Shown here: piece by piece, positions 1 through 11,894 of the stretch
How the letters are laid out: every line of letters begins with the position of its first letter
How positions within the stretch are numbered: position 1 is the first letter of the stretch
DNA from: Octopus sinensis
Lineage: Eukaryota
Direction of reading: 5' to 3'
Length of the DNA stretch: 64,000 nucleotides
Assembly (NCBI RefSeq): GCF_006345805.1
Contig: NC_043007.1
Coordinates: 10,912,001-10,976,000 of the forward strand
The notes under the pieces: generated by a model
The model's input: only the letters and a program-made list of their open reading frames with translations
Database searches by the model: none
Told to the model about the DNA's origin: nothing
Made by a program: the position numbers and the translations under genes

Positions 1-294
1 GCGACACTGGTAACGATCACATCATTTACATTTTCTCATAAATTATGCAAATTAGTAAAACTTATGGCATCATCGGTGAGCAGCTCTCCATTTACTTTAT
101 ACACTAAATTTCACCTTAGTCACCCCTATTAACCCGTTTAGAACAGTTGGATTTTCCTATAACGCACATATTCCATTGAATTTAACCAAGATATTTTTGT
201 GACTAGGTGGATACTAGTTTGATAGTTGAGCCCTGATTGACTGTATGCAAATGAGTTCATAACTGGGGTCTGGAACTCTTGTGGGAAAAGAGAT

Positions 295-805
295 TTTGCC
301 TCCAGCGCCACCACAAACACGAACACAACCACCACAACAACCACTACCACAGCCATCACAACCACTACCACCACGATCAGTTCAACAACACTACTACCAC
401 ATCCATTACAACAGTTATAATGATAACTACTACCATAATGGAATGGCCACTTCAATGGTGACCACCAACACACCACCACCACCATCACCACTACCATCAC
501 AACCAGCACCTCCACTGCCACCACCATCACAACTAGCACCTCCACCGCTGCCGCCGCAGCCGCCAATACCACCACCACCACCGCTGCCATCACCATCACA
601 CTGCTGCCACTACCACCACTGCTATTGCCATCACCACTGCTGCTGCCGCCTCCACCACCACTACCACTATCACCACACCACCACCACCACCACCACCATC
701 ACCACCACCACCACCATCACCACCACCACCATCATCACCACCACCACCACTACCACTGCCATCACCACCGCCGCCACCACCACTAACACAACATACCAAC
801 ATTAG
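295..805. repeat. Compound (CCA/CTA/CCG) trinucleotide low-complexity tract
   Basis: Visible runs of accaccacc and actaccac. The ORFs here are poly-T, poly-P and poly-V artefacts. Confidence 0.95.
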
Positions 806-1050
806 TCCATTAGTTGTAAATCAATCTCAGTTGTATTATTCCTTTTGTAGAAAACTAATGTCAATGAAATATTCAGTTCATATTCTCTTCCATTCTTCCT
901 CCCACTCTCTCCCTCCCCCACCTCCCACTCTCCGCCATTCAGTCTGTCTGTCTGTTTGTCTATCTTAAGAGAAATATTGAAACAAACAATTTACCATTCC
1001 TCAAATGTAACAATTGTCATGTATACATGTGTGTGTGTGGATATTACAAG

Positions 1051-1640
1051 TGTGGCTATGTGGTTAAGGACCTTGCTTCTCAACCATGTGGTTCAGGGTT
1101 CAGTCTCACTGTGTGGCACCTTATGCAATTATCTTCTATTAGAGCCTCGGGCCATCCAAAGCCTTGTGAGTGGATTTGATAGACAGAAACTGAAAGGTGA
1201 CGAGCTGGCAGTAATGTTAGCATGCCGGTCGAAATGCTTAGCGGTATTTTGTCTGCCGTTACGTTCTGAGTTCAAATTCCGCCGAAGTTGACTTTGCCTT
1301 TCATCCTTTCAGGGTTGATAAATTAAGTACCAGTTATGCACTGGGGCCGATGTAATCAACTTAATCCGTTTGTCTGTCCTTGTTTGTTCCCTCTGTGTTT
1401 AGCCCCTTGTGGGTAGTAAAGCAATAGGTATTTCATCTGCCGCTACGTTCTGAGTCCAAATTCCATCGAGGTCAACTTTGCCTTTCATCTTTTCGAGGTT
1501 GATAAAATAAGTACCAGTTACGCACTGGGGCCTATGTAATCAACTTAGTCCCTTTGTCTGTCCTTGTTTGTCCCTCCTATGTTTAGTCCCTTGTGGGCAG
1601 TAAAGAAATAAGAAACTGAAAGAAGCCCATCATATATATG
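1051..1640 (+). mobile_element. tRNA-derived SINE family A (GTGGCTGTGTGGTAAG head) interrupted by a SINE B dimer
   Basis: Matches the full-length copy at 52449-52860. It is split by an insertion flanked by AGAAACTGAAAG at 1185-1196 and 1611-1622. Confidence 0.85.
1197..1610 (+). mobile_element. SINE family B (GAGCTGGCAGAA head; GCCTTTCATCCTTTCGGGGTCGATAAA core), head plus two core-tail units, 12-bp TSD
   Basis: Two tandem core-tail units ending CCCCTTGTGGG..TAAAG, with a 12-bp direct repeat on each side. Confidence 0.85.
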
Positions 1641-1646
1641 TATGTA

Positions 1647-1927
1647 TACATAGTCTGATCAATAAGTATCATGACTGTTGTTATAGTAACGAGGCTAAAG
1701 CATGTGAAGTGAAGCTATTTAGCACAGATTGACCTTAAACTCTGCTGTATATTCACACTAAGTTTTAATGTTCTAGCTTACTTCTGCTGTTTACAGAAGT
1801 GCTTGGAAGGAAGGTGTGTAGCATGTAATCATTGGATTGACCATGACACAGAAAGTTGAGCAGAGAATCTGCATCAAATTTTGCCAAAAGCTTGGTCATG
1901 CCTGCTCAGAGGCCTATGCAAAGTTTT
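1647..1927 (+). mobile_element. Mariner-like 5' fragment with transposase N-terminus
   Basis: Translation MTQKVEQRICIKFCQKLG resembles the mariner N-terminal (EQRxxIKFC) motif. The fragment starts at a TA dinucleotide. Confidence 0.75.
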
Positions 1928-1975
1928 CATTGTTCTCCGCACAATCAAGGAGATTTTGTGCAACTGAAACCAAAG

Positions 1976-2139
1976 TTTCTTCTTCTTCTTCTTCTTCTTC
2001 TTCTTCTTCTTCTTCTTCTTCTTCTTCTTCTTCTTCTTCTTCTTCTTCTTCTTCTTTCTTCTTTTCTTCTTTTCTTCTCTTCTTCTTCTTCTTCTTATTC
2101 TTCTTCTTCTTTCTTCTTCTCTTCTTCTTCTTCTTCTTC
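1976..2139. repeat. (TTC)n microsatellite
   Basis: Direct reading. Confidence 0.97.
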
Positions 2140-2419
2140 CTAATCAGGACTCACGCCATTAGCCACAAAGCATAATCTCTAATTTGAGCCTGCTCTAAGC
2201 TACTAAGAATGCGTGTGGTAACTTGAAGATCCACCCACCACATGCGATAGACTGGCGGTTGCACGGGTGCGAAAGCTACATTGTTATCCTCATTCTGTAA
2301 AAGGTGGCTTTTAAAGGGTGTAGAGCTGAACCATCCTGTGGTACAGAGGATTCACAATCTAGACTAGGGTCTGAAACTTGACCACACCATAATGGGTTAC
2401 ACCATGGTCCCTCTGCTTT

Positions 2420-2618
2420 GTAGCAGAAGTAGGAAGAAAGAGTGAAAGTTGTGGTGAAAGTGTACAGTGGGGTTCATTCCCCACCCCTCGCCGGAGCCTC
2501 GTGGAGCTTATGTATTTTTTGCTCAATAAACACTTACAATGCCCGGTCTGGGAATCGAAACTGCATTCTTACGACCGCGAGTCCGCTGCCCTAACCACTG
2601 GGCCATTGTGCCTCCACT
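2420..2618 (-). mobile_element. tRNA-derived SINE family C, 5' part
   Basis: Reverse complement matches the head GTGGAGGCGCAATGGCCCAGTGGTTAGGGCAGCGGACTC of the copy at 51193. Confidence 0.85.
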
Positions 2619-2949
2619 GTGGATGTTATTGTATCTTGATGACCAGTGCAACTTCACTATCATTCTCTAACTTTTCCCCTATCTTTAATAGACAGGAAAA
2701 TAATGTACTAATCAATTCCTTTCATCTGTTGGTTCCCATGATATAGCAAAGACATTCATAAATAACTTCTTTGTTTTACCGAGATTTATTTCCATTGAGA
2801 ACTCACTTCTTTCTTTCCTTGTTATCTTTTAAGACTTAATCTGTTACTGACTTTAAGGAAAAAAAAAAAGCTGGTTTCTTTAGATCTCATCAGGTTCCTT
2901 GTTTGTCAATCAATCACAATGTTTCCCTGCCCAGATACAATTTTTTTCT

Positions 2950-3590
2950 TCCTACTTCTTTTAGTCATTTGACTGTGGCCATACTGGGGCACCACCTTGA
3001 AGGGTTTTTAGTTAAACAAATCAACCCCCCAGGAGTTTTTTTTTTTTAAAGCCTGGTACTTATTTCTTTTATCAGTCTCTTTTGCTGAGCTGCTAAGTTA
3101 CAAGAATATAAACACACCAACATAGGTTGTCGACAGTGGTGGGGGTCAAACACACACACAAAGATATGCAAACACACACACACATTCTTTTACTTTTACT
3201 TGTTTCAGTCATTTGACTGCAGCCATGCTGGAGCACAGCCTTTTAGTCGAGCAAATCGACCCCAGGATTTATTCTTTGGAAGCCTAGTACTTATTCTATC
3301 ATTCTCTTTTGCTGCACTGCTAAGTTATGGGGACGTAAACACACCAGCATCAGTTGTCAAGTGATGTTGGGAGGACAAACACAGATACACAAACACATAC
3401 ACACATATATACATATACATATATATGATGGGCTTCTTTCAGTTTCCATCTACCAAATCCACTCACGAGGCTTTGGTCGGCCTAAGACTATAGTAGAAGA
3501 CACTTGCCCAAAGTGCCACACAGTAGGACTGAACCTAGTGCCATGTTGTTGGTAAGCAAGCTACTTAACACACAGCCACTCCTGCACCTA
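2950..3590 (-). mobile_element. Two nested or tandem SINE A copies
   Basis: Reverse-complement matches to SINE A body and tail (TTTCAGTCATTTGACTG, CCAAATCCACTCAC). Confidence 0.8.
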
Positions 3591-3594
3591 TATA

Positions 3595-3845
3595 TATAAA
3601 ATCAAAATAAGCAACAGGATATCAAGTAGTGATGCAGTACAACTGTTTCAAGTGGCTCCATTTAATTGAACAATGCAATTATTAATGTATCCTACTTGTT
3701 AAAATTCCATTTATTTATTTGTGCAGCTGAAGATGGCACTGAATTTATATTGATGTGATGATTGCATTGTTCAATTAAATGGAGCCACTTGAAGCAGTCA
3801 TACTGCATCACTACAAGATATCCAGTTGCTTATTTTGATTTTATT
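3595..3845. mobile_element. Penelope-like terminal-repeat relic in inverted arrangement (~85-bp arms), containing a degenerate hammerhead motif
   Basis: AAAATCAAAATAAGCAAC...TTGAACAATGCAAT is mirrored by ATTGCATTGTTCAA...GTTGCTTATTTTGATTTT. A related copy lies at 31625-31790. Confidence 0.65.
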
Positions 3846-4113
3846 CACCTTACTTCAGGCTGTACAGATAATAACAGACCGACTTGGTGCTTCAACTTAA
3901 GTACATAATTCAACTGAATCTCAATTATTTCTTATATATATAGGGCACAGGAAGTGTGTCAATAGCCAGCTGGAGGAGGTGTCCTCCTGGGGCTACAGGC
4001 TACAGTAGCATCCACCCTTAGGGGTTAGCCACATTTAATTGGCAAATATACTTCACGATGTCGTGCAGCTACTGTTTATACCTCACTCAGAGATTTATTA
4101 TTGCTTATATATG

Positions 4114-4144
<31 letters not shown>

Positions 4145-4559
4145 TTGTGTGTTTGTGTGTCTGTGTTTGTCACCCGAACATCGTTTGACAACCGATGCTG
4201 GTGTGTTTATGTCCCTGTAACTTAGCAGTTTGGCCAAAAGAGACCGATAGAATAAGTACTAGGCTTACAAAGAATAAATCCTGGGGTCGATTTGCTTGAC
4301 TAAAGACGATGCTCCAGCATGGCCACAGTCAAATGACTGAAACAAGTAAAGAGTATTATTTGTTTTTGCCTGGTAAGTATTTTTTAATGTTTTTTTTTTA
4401 TTAGATGATGTACAATTTTCTTTTGTGTATCTTCATTTATCTGTTATGTACACTTTGTAATTAAATATTCAATATACGTCCTCGTTTTCTTTTGATGAAC
4501 CTATATTGTTAGGCTACATTATTGTACTGGGAAGATAAACAAATTGAGTTTTAATAATG

Positions 4560-5125
4560 AAAAAAATATCGTTTAATTGATATATACATATATACATATA
4601 TGCATACATTCATGCACACACACACGCACACACGCACACACATATATACATATATATACACACATGCATGTACATACATATACACTATATATATGCAGAC
4701 ACACACATATACGCAAGTATGTACATATGTGCACACACATATATATATGTTTCTATACACACATATATATATATATGTATGTATGTATGTATAGGTAGAT
4801 AGATAAATAGACTACATATATGTATAAATACATACATACAGATATTCATATACACACACATACATACACACATACAAATATACATACATGCTTACATACA
4901 TTCAAACATATGTACATACATACATGCATACATACATTCAAACATACATACATACATGCATACATACATAGGTACATACATACATGCATGCATACATACA
5001 TAGGTACATACATACATACATACATACATACATACATACATACATACATACATGCAAACATACATACATACATACATACATACATACATACATGCAAACA
5101 TACATACATACATACATACATGCAT
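4560..5125. repeat. (TA/CA/TACA)n compound microsatellite
   Basis: Direct reading. Confidence 0.95.
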
Positions 5126-5698
5126 GTGTACATAAGTGCCTCTATGCATAGCTTCATTATTAAATTTAAGTATATATACATCCGTTACATTTATGGTTAG
5201 CTGGATCATTAAATTCTATTGATATTTCATGATGAAAAAACATCCTCCTAATTCCATTTAAATGTAAAACAAACATCGAATTCTATTATCTACTTCGGCT
5301 TTAAATTCTGGCTGAAATACATAATTATCTTCATTATTATCAGTACATTAATTTCACCATTATTATAAGAATTGTTAGCATGCCGGACAAAATTCTTAGT
5401 GGCATTGCATCCGTTGTTTACATTCTAAGTTGAAATTTCTCTGAGGTCACCTTTACCTTCCATTCTCTCAGCATCAATAAAATAATCACCAAGGAAGTTC
5501 TGGGTTCGATGTAATCATCAGCACTCCACTCAATTATTATTGTTTTGTTTTTTCTACTCTAGGCACAAAGCCCTAAATTTTGGGGGAGGGGGGCAGTTGT
5601 TTAGATCAACCCCAGTACACAACTGGTATTTAATTTATTGACCCCCCCCCCCAAAAAAAAAACAGATGAAAGGCATAGTTGACCTCGGCAGTCAGTTA

Positions 5699-6700
5699 CA
5701 CTGGTCTACAAGGTTTTTGGTGTTTAGGAAATAGACATCGTTCCTATACAAAATCGGTCTCCTGAATCCAAATATAACCTTCTTTTTGACCTATCAGATC
5801 TAGTTTTTAAGTTTTTGAGCCCTATAATCACGTGGACGACTGCTATTTTTGTAGCCTAAATTTGAAGGGTATTAACCAGAAAAATCAACAAACACTTGTC
5901 TATCCTAATCTTGCCTCTGCTATTAGACTGGTTCCACACTCGAGAAAAGCTTCCTGTTCCTGTTTTCAATGTCTTGCCACAGATAACTTCACCCTCAACC
6001 AAAGAAGGTTCATCACTTGAAGATGACAATAGAGATCAAGACTTTTCAGTTGAGACTTTACCTCAAGTATTCTCCCAGGTAGAAGTGAATGATCTTGTTC
6101 ATGACTTGAACCTCCAAAAAATTGTGCAGAACTGTTGGTTTCCTAACTGAAAGAGAAGAATCTTCTAGAGAATGGTGTCTGTAAAATTTTTATCGGAGTC
6201 GGTATGAAGAGTTTCTTTCATTTTTCACAAAAGAGGAAGAGCTGGTTTACTGCAGAGATGTCAGTGGGCTTCTTAATAAACTTGGCATTGAGGAATACAA
6301 ACAAGAGGAATGGTGTCTTTTCATAGACAGCTCTAAGCGTAGTTTAAAATGTGTATTGTTGCACAATGGAAATGTGGATGGCTCTGTCCCACTCAGCCAT
6401 TCAAGAACTCTGAAGGAAAAATATGAAGAAATTAAGTTGGATTTAGAGAAGATACTCTATTATGACCATAAATGGGTCATCAGCATTGACTTAAAGATAG
6501 TGAATTTTCTCATGGGACAGCGATCTGGTTTTACCAAATACCCATGCTTCCTTTTCACGTGGGGCAGTAGAGACTGAGTATATCACTACGTTAAGAAAGG
6601 TTGGCTGCCTTGAACAAATATGGCTCCATGTAGAGTGCCAGTCAGTATATTGGAGAACCTTTAGTTGAGCGAGATAAGATCAATTACCCCACCCTCTGCA
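5699..6700 (+). mobile_element. Degenerate DNA transposon 5' end and transposase fragments, probably Chapaev3/CMC-like
   Basis: Peptides DDCYFC..YPNLASAIRLVPH, FIDSSKRSLKCVLLHNGN and DLKIVNFLMGQRSGFTKYPCFLFTWGSRD. The left end reads TTA|CACTGG. The family assignment is from memory of Chapaev3 motifs and its TWA target. Confidence 0.55.
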
Positions 6701-6704
6701 CATC

Positions 6705-6765
6705 AAACTCATCATCATCATCACCATCATAATTATTATTATTATTATTATTATTGTTATTGTTA

Positions 6766-6813
<48 letters not shown>

Positions 6814-6842
6814 TATTATTATTATTGTTATTGTTATTGCCA

Positions 6843-6874
<32 letters not shown>

Positions 6875-7150
6875 TTATTAAGCCAGCGAGCTGGCAGAAT
6901 CATTAGCATACTGGGAAAAATACTTAGCAGCATTTGCTCCATTTTTGCGTTCTCAGTTCAAAATCTGCCAACGTTGACTTTGCCTTTCATCCTTTCAGGG
7001 TCAATTAAATAAGTACCTGTTACGCACTGGGGTCAATGTAATCAACTTAATCCCTTTCTTAAATTTGAAGCCTTGCGCTTCCAGTAGAAAGGATCACCAT
7101 CATCATCATCATCATCATGATCATCATCATTATTATTATTATTTTTATTA
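6705..7150 (+). mobile_element. (CAT)/(ATT)n tract plus SINE B with alternative tail (..CCAGTAGAAAGGAT)
   Basis: GCGAGCTGGCAGAA head, SINE B core and tail variant. Confidence 0.8.
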
Positions 7151-7159
7151 TTATTATAT

Positions 7160-7750
7160 TTTCGGTTTCTTCCGTCCAAATATCAAATCACGAGTACAGT
7201 TGAATGATTTGGTAATAAGCCTTGTCGGTTGATTTGTCAAAGTTTGTTTTGCATTAAATGCTTTTAAATATTTTCTGTCTAGAACTCTAAGGGATTTACT
7301 ACATGTATTTAATAAACTATTTGCTCTACAACTTTTATTTAGTTACTTTTTTTTTACACATCAGAAGTTAAATTCTTTTTATGCATAAAAAATACTTTGG
7401 CTATTTCCCAAATGAAGAGAAAGCGTGAGTTCTAGAATAATAAAATGCACATGAATAATAAGTGTTTCATTTATTTCAAATGAAAATCTGTAAATGAAAT
7501 TTTGTGGAATGATGCCAGGACCAAAAGGTAATTTAGAAGTTAGAAATTATTATCTGACCACTAATTAGTTCAGGTTCAAAAGAACGGCATTTCAGTTTTA
7601 GTAGCATAATATTTAATACTTAGAGATTTTTAGCTAAAATTTAAATATAGTGTAATGTAATTACAATTCAAATAAAAATATTTTGCACCAAATGACTGAG
7701 AAAGGAAAAACTTCTGATTGAATTAATATTTGCTTTATAATTAACAGAAT
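7160..7750 (+). mobile_element. Probable 3' region of the Chapaev-like element; related segments at 11690-11880 and 12265-12478
   Basis: Shared TTAGTTCAGGTTCAAAAGAA...CCAAATGAC...TATAATTAA pattern in three places. Confidence 0.45.
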
Positions 7751-7760
7751 CTATGAGATG

Positions 7761-8896
7761 GTGCTGAAAAGTTCCTTGGGTGCTGAAAAGTTCCTTGGGT
7801 GCTGAAAAGTTCCTAGGATGCTGAAGAGTTCCTCGGGTGCTGAAAAGTTCCTAGGGTGCTGAAAAGTTCCTAGGGTGCTGAAAAGTTCCAAGGGTGCTGA
7901 AAAATTCCTAGGATGCTGAAAAGTTCCTAGGGTGCTGAAAAGTTCCTAGGGTGCTGAAAAGTTCCTAGGATGCTGAAAAGTTCCTAGGGTGCTGAAAAGT
8001 TCCTAGGATGCTGAAAAGTTCCTAGGGTGCTGAAAAGTTCCTAGGGTGCTGAAAAGTTCCTAGGGTATTTAAAAGTTCCTAGGGTGCTGAAAAGTTCCTA
8101 CGATGCTGAAAAGTTCCTAGGATGCTGAAAAGTTCCTAGGATGCTGAAAAGTTCCTAGGGTGCTGAAAAGTTCCTAGGGTGCTGAAAAGTTCCTAGGGTG
8201 CTGAAAAGTTCCTAGAGTATTTAAAAGTTCCTAGGATGCTGAAAAGTTCCTAGGATGCTGAAAAGTTCCTAGGATGCTGAAAAGTTCCTAGGGTGCTGAA
8301 AAGTTCCTAGGGTGCTGAAAAGTTCCTAGGGTATTTAAAAGTTCCTAGGGTGCTGAAAAGTTCCTAGGATGCTGAAAAGTTCCTAGGATGCTGAAAAGTT
8401 CCTAGGATGCTGAAAAGTTCCTAGGGTGCTGAAAAGTTCCTAGGGTGCTGAAAAGTTCCTAGGGTATTTAAAAGTTCCTAGGGTGCTGAAAAGTTCCTAG
8501 GATGCTGAAAAGTTCCTAGGATGCTGAAAAGTTCCTAGGGTGCTGAAAAGTTCCTAGGATGCTGAAAAGTTCCTAGGATGCTGAAAAGTTCCTAGGATGC
8601 TGAAAAGTTCCTAGGGTGCTGAAAAGTTCCTAGGGTGCTGAAAAGTTCCTAGGGTATTTAAAAGTCCTAGGGTATTTAAAAGTTCCTAGGATGCTGAAAA
8701 GTTCCTAGGATGCTGAAAAGTTCCTAGGATGCTGAAAAGTTCCTAGGGTGCTGAAAAGTTCCTAGGGTCCTTAAAAGTTCCTAGGATGCTGAAAAGTTCC
8801 TAGGATGCTGAAAAGTTCCTAGGGTGCTGAAAAGTTCCTAGGGTGCTTAAAAGTTCCTAGGGTGCTGAAAAGTTCCTAGGGTGCTGAAAAGTTCCT
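7761..8896 (+). repeat. 19-bp minisatellite (GTGCTGAAAAGTTCCTAGG), 60 units, derived from a mariner left TIR
   Basis: Period of 19 verified by position. It is preceded by TATGAGATG (7752) and followed by a mariner transposase C-terminus. Confidence 0.9.
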
Positions 8897-9055
8897 TTGT
8901 GAAAGGCATGGTTGGAGGCCCAACCTTCCGAGTTCTTTTACAGGGTTTAGAAAAACTGAAGGACTGCTGCAATAAGTGTGTGAATCTGAGAGAGGAATCT
9001 GTAGAATAAAATCGTAATTAATCGATCCTCCTGTATTTTCTTTTACACAAAGTTA
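8897..9055 (+). mobile_element. Mariner transposase C-terminal fragment and truncated right end
   Basis: With two 1-nt indels it reads VKAWLEAQPSEFFLQGLEKLKDCCNKCVNLREESVE*, matching the mariner ending (G.xKLxxRWxKCVxxxGxYVE*). Confidence 0.8.
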
Positions 9056-9382
9056 GGTCCCCTACAGCAATCCTCATAATATAGCAAATACAAGAACCAG
9101 CCCTTATTGTGGTGTGGTGCCCCTTTGGCCTCAACGAACCTGAAAGTTATGTCAGTGGAGCACAAACTCTAGGTAAGGCCTCCCATACTGGACTCATTAA
9201 AGGAAAGAGGCCAGATGAATATCGTAGCAAACTGGTGACCACCACATGGGCTTCCAGTAGTACCAGTTACGCACTGGGGTCGATGTAATCAACTTAATCC
9301 CCTTTCCCAAATTTGAAGCCTTGTGCTTCCAGTAGAAAGGATTATTTTAATTTTTATTATCATTATCACTATTATTATTATA

Positions 9383-9439
<57 letters not shown>

Positions 9440-9440
<1 letters not shown>

Positions 9441-10238
9441 TATGTTTGACTTTTGCTTTATATTTGTACAAGTTGGCTCCAAGTCTCACCCAGAGACCTC
9501 AAGAGACAACAGGGTTGGAAGTTCATGTTGTTGTTATGCCTAGTGTGCCATATATTTGGGGGGGGGGGGGGATGTTGTACTAATGAATGTCTAAAAAAAA
9601 AGGTTTTTTTTTTTTGGTTTTTTTTTAAACCGAAAATTATGTTTGTTTTAAACCTTGAGATTACATAGAGAGTATTTTGCGTAGGATATGAGCAGTTCCC
9701 ATGAGCACTATCTTTTGAACTTCTGCCATTTTTGGGTTTCCTGGTATCTGAGTTAGGTAGCTATCAGCCCCTTTTGCTATCATTCCCAGGGCACCTATGA
9801 CAACAGGTATTGTTTTAGTCTTCAGCTTCCACATTTTGCTGATTTCTATTTCAAGATCTTTATATTTGCTCAGTTTTTGGTAGGTCTTGACAGATACGTT
9901 TATATCGATTGGGACAGTCATATCAATGAGGAGGCATGTTCTTTGTTTGAAGTCTTTCAATATGATGTCTGGCCTATTTGCATCTATTTCCTGTCAGTTT
10001 GAATGGTGAAGTTCCAGAGGAGTGAGATGTGGTCATTTTCAAGCACTGGGGGTGGTTTGTGTTCCCACCAGTTTTTTTCATGGGGCAAATCCAGGTTTTT
10101 ACAGATTACCCAGTGAATATATTGTGCAGCTCTATCGTGCCTGTTGAGATACTCTGTAGGCGCTAGAAGACTGCACTTGGAGACCACATGGTCAATGGTT
10201 TCATTTTGTTGCTTGCATACACGACACGTTGGACTGCT
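9440..10238 (-). mobile_element. 5'-truncated R4/Dong-like non-LTR retrotransposon (CCHC knuckle plus restriction-like endonuclease)
   Basis: CRVCKQQNETIDHVVSKC, RHD, then after a frameshift NRPDII..LIDMTVP..KLSKYKDL..PVVIGALG. Flanked by (ATT)n on both sides. Confidence 0.85.
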
Positions 10239-10240
10239 TC

Positions 10241-10279
<39 letters not shown>

Positions 10280-10288
10280 CATTATCAC

Positions 10289-10328
<40 letters not shown>

Positions 10329-10463
10329 TATTATTATTACTTTTTTTTTTCTTCTTTCAAATTTGCTTCCATTTCTTGCCGAGTGTCTTCCCGACTCCTA
10401 GGGCAAAGAAACTCATAGTATACATTGGTAGGCCTATTATTATTATTATTATCATTATCACTA

Positions 10464-10518
<55 letters not shown>

Positions 10519-10739
10519 TTTTGTTATAGTATGGATGTTCGAGTACCTCAATAACCCTGAAAGCAATGCAGGTATAGTATAAGCTCCTGCCTGGTAGGTC
10601 TTCCTATGCTGGACAGGTCAAAGGATAGAAATCAGACTAATATTAACCAATTCTTCCCAGAGGTAAAGATGGGGTTGCTCGGAGCCAGCACCTCTACTTA
10701 GCAAGGAACAAAGGTACAGAAACATAAATAGAACCAATC

Positions 10740-11165
10740 CTATGACTGGCACCCGGCAGATGTCAGGACCCCTGGACTGGAGATTGTAAGAAGCACTATC
10801 CGAATCGTGGCCGATGCCAGCGCCGCCTCGACTGGCTTCCGTGTCGGTGGCATGTAAAAAGCACCATCCGAATCGTGGCCGAAGCCAGTACCGCCTCGAC
10901 TGGCTTCCGTGCCGGTGGCACGTAAAATGCACCAATCCGACCGTGGCCGATGCCAGCCTCGCCTGGCACCAGTGCAGGTGGCATGTAAAAAGCACCCACT
11001 ACACTCACGGAGTTGTTGGCGTTAGGTAGGGCATCCAGCTGTAGAAACATTGCCAGATAAGACCGGAGCCTGGTGCAGCCTTCTGGCTTCCCAGATCCCC
11101 GGTCGAACCGTCCAACCCATGCTAGCATGGAGAATGGACGTTAAACGATGATGATGATGATGATG
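10740..11165 (+). mobile_element. RTE-LINE 3'-tail element (family D) with GGTGGCACGTAAAAAGCACC subunits and (GAT)n tail
   Basis: Same terminal module as the LINEs ending at 26690 and 44830. Confidence 0.85.
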
Positions 11166-11290
11166 AAAGTCTGGGAGAGGAAAGACAGTCCAGAGAAACC
11201 AGAGAAATATACGCATTTAACCTAATGTGGAACCCACAAGAGTGATGATGGAAGAGAGGATGTTCTGAAAAAAAAGTTGGAGGTAGGATT

Positions 11291-11541
11291 GATTGTTCCT
11301 TCTTGAGCCATGCCTGGCTCATAAGGGCCAGTTTCCCTGTTTCTTGGCATATAGGTTCCCCACCTGGATGGGACGCCGGTCCATCGCAGGTCAGCAGAAA
11401 TTTCGCCATTACCTTCTGCCGGAGACGCGTGGAGCTTAGGTGTTTCGTTCATAAACACACACATCGTCCGGTCTGAGATTTGAACCTGCAATCCCTCGAC
11501 CGTGAGTCCACTGCTCTAACCACTAGGCCATGTGCCTCCAC
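11291..11541 (-). mobile_element. SINE family C variant with 12-bp TSD
   Basis: GGAGGTAGGATT at 11279-11290 and 11542-11553, with a tRNA-like head on the minus strand. Confidence 0.85.
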
Positions 11542-11894
11542 GGAGGTAGGATTCAGAGGCAGAGAGGAAAAAAATAGGGATCCAATTGGAGACAAGTGGA
11601 AAAGACAGCTCAGAGTTAAACACAGTGGGGAAAACTCGTTGATGGCCCACACTCACTAGGGAACAAAGCGCTTGAGTAAGTGTTTGATCATTTTAGGTTC
11701 AAAAGAAGACAATTTAGTTTTTATTGCACAATTTTTAATATAGAAATATAGAGACACTTTTACTACTTAAATTGAAAGATAATGTAATTAAAAATGCAAT
11801 AAAAATATTTTACACCAAATGACCTATGAAAACTTTTCTCTGATTAATTACTGTTTTATAATTAATAAAAACTAATATGACAAACACAATGTCT

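Noticed and set aside
45-252. Two ATGCAAAT octamers exactly 200 bp apart
   Set aside because: An AT-rich 8-mer is expected by chance, with no other support.
4370-4382. Strong donor CTG|GTAAGT
   Set aside because: It is immediately preceded by a SINE tail, with no plausible exon.
7761-8896. CRISPR-like array
   Set aside because: Units are contiguous with no unique spacers, the context is eukaryotic, there are no cas genes, and a mariner TIR explains the unit.
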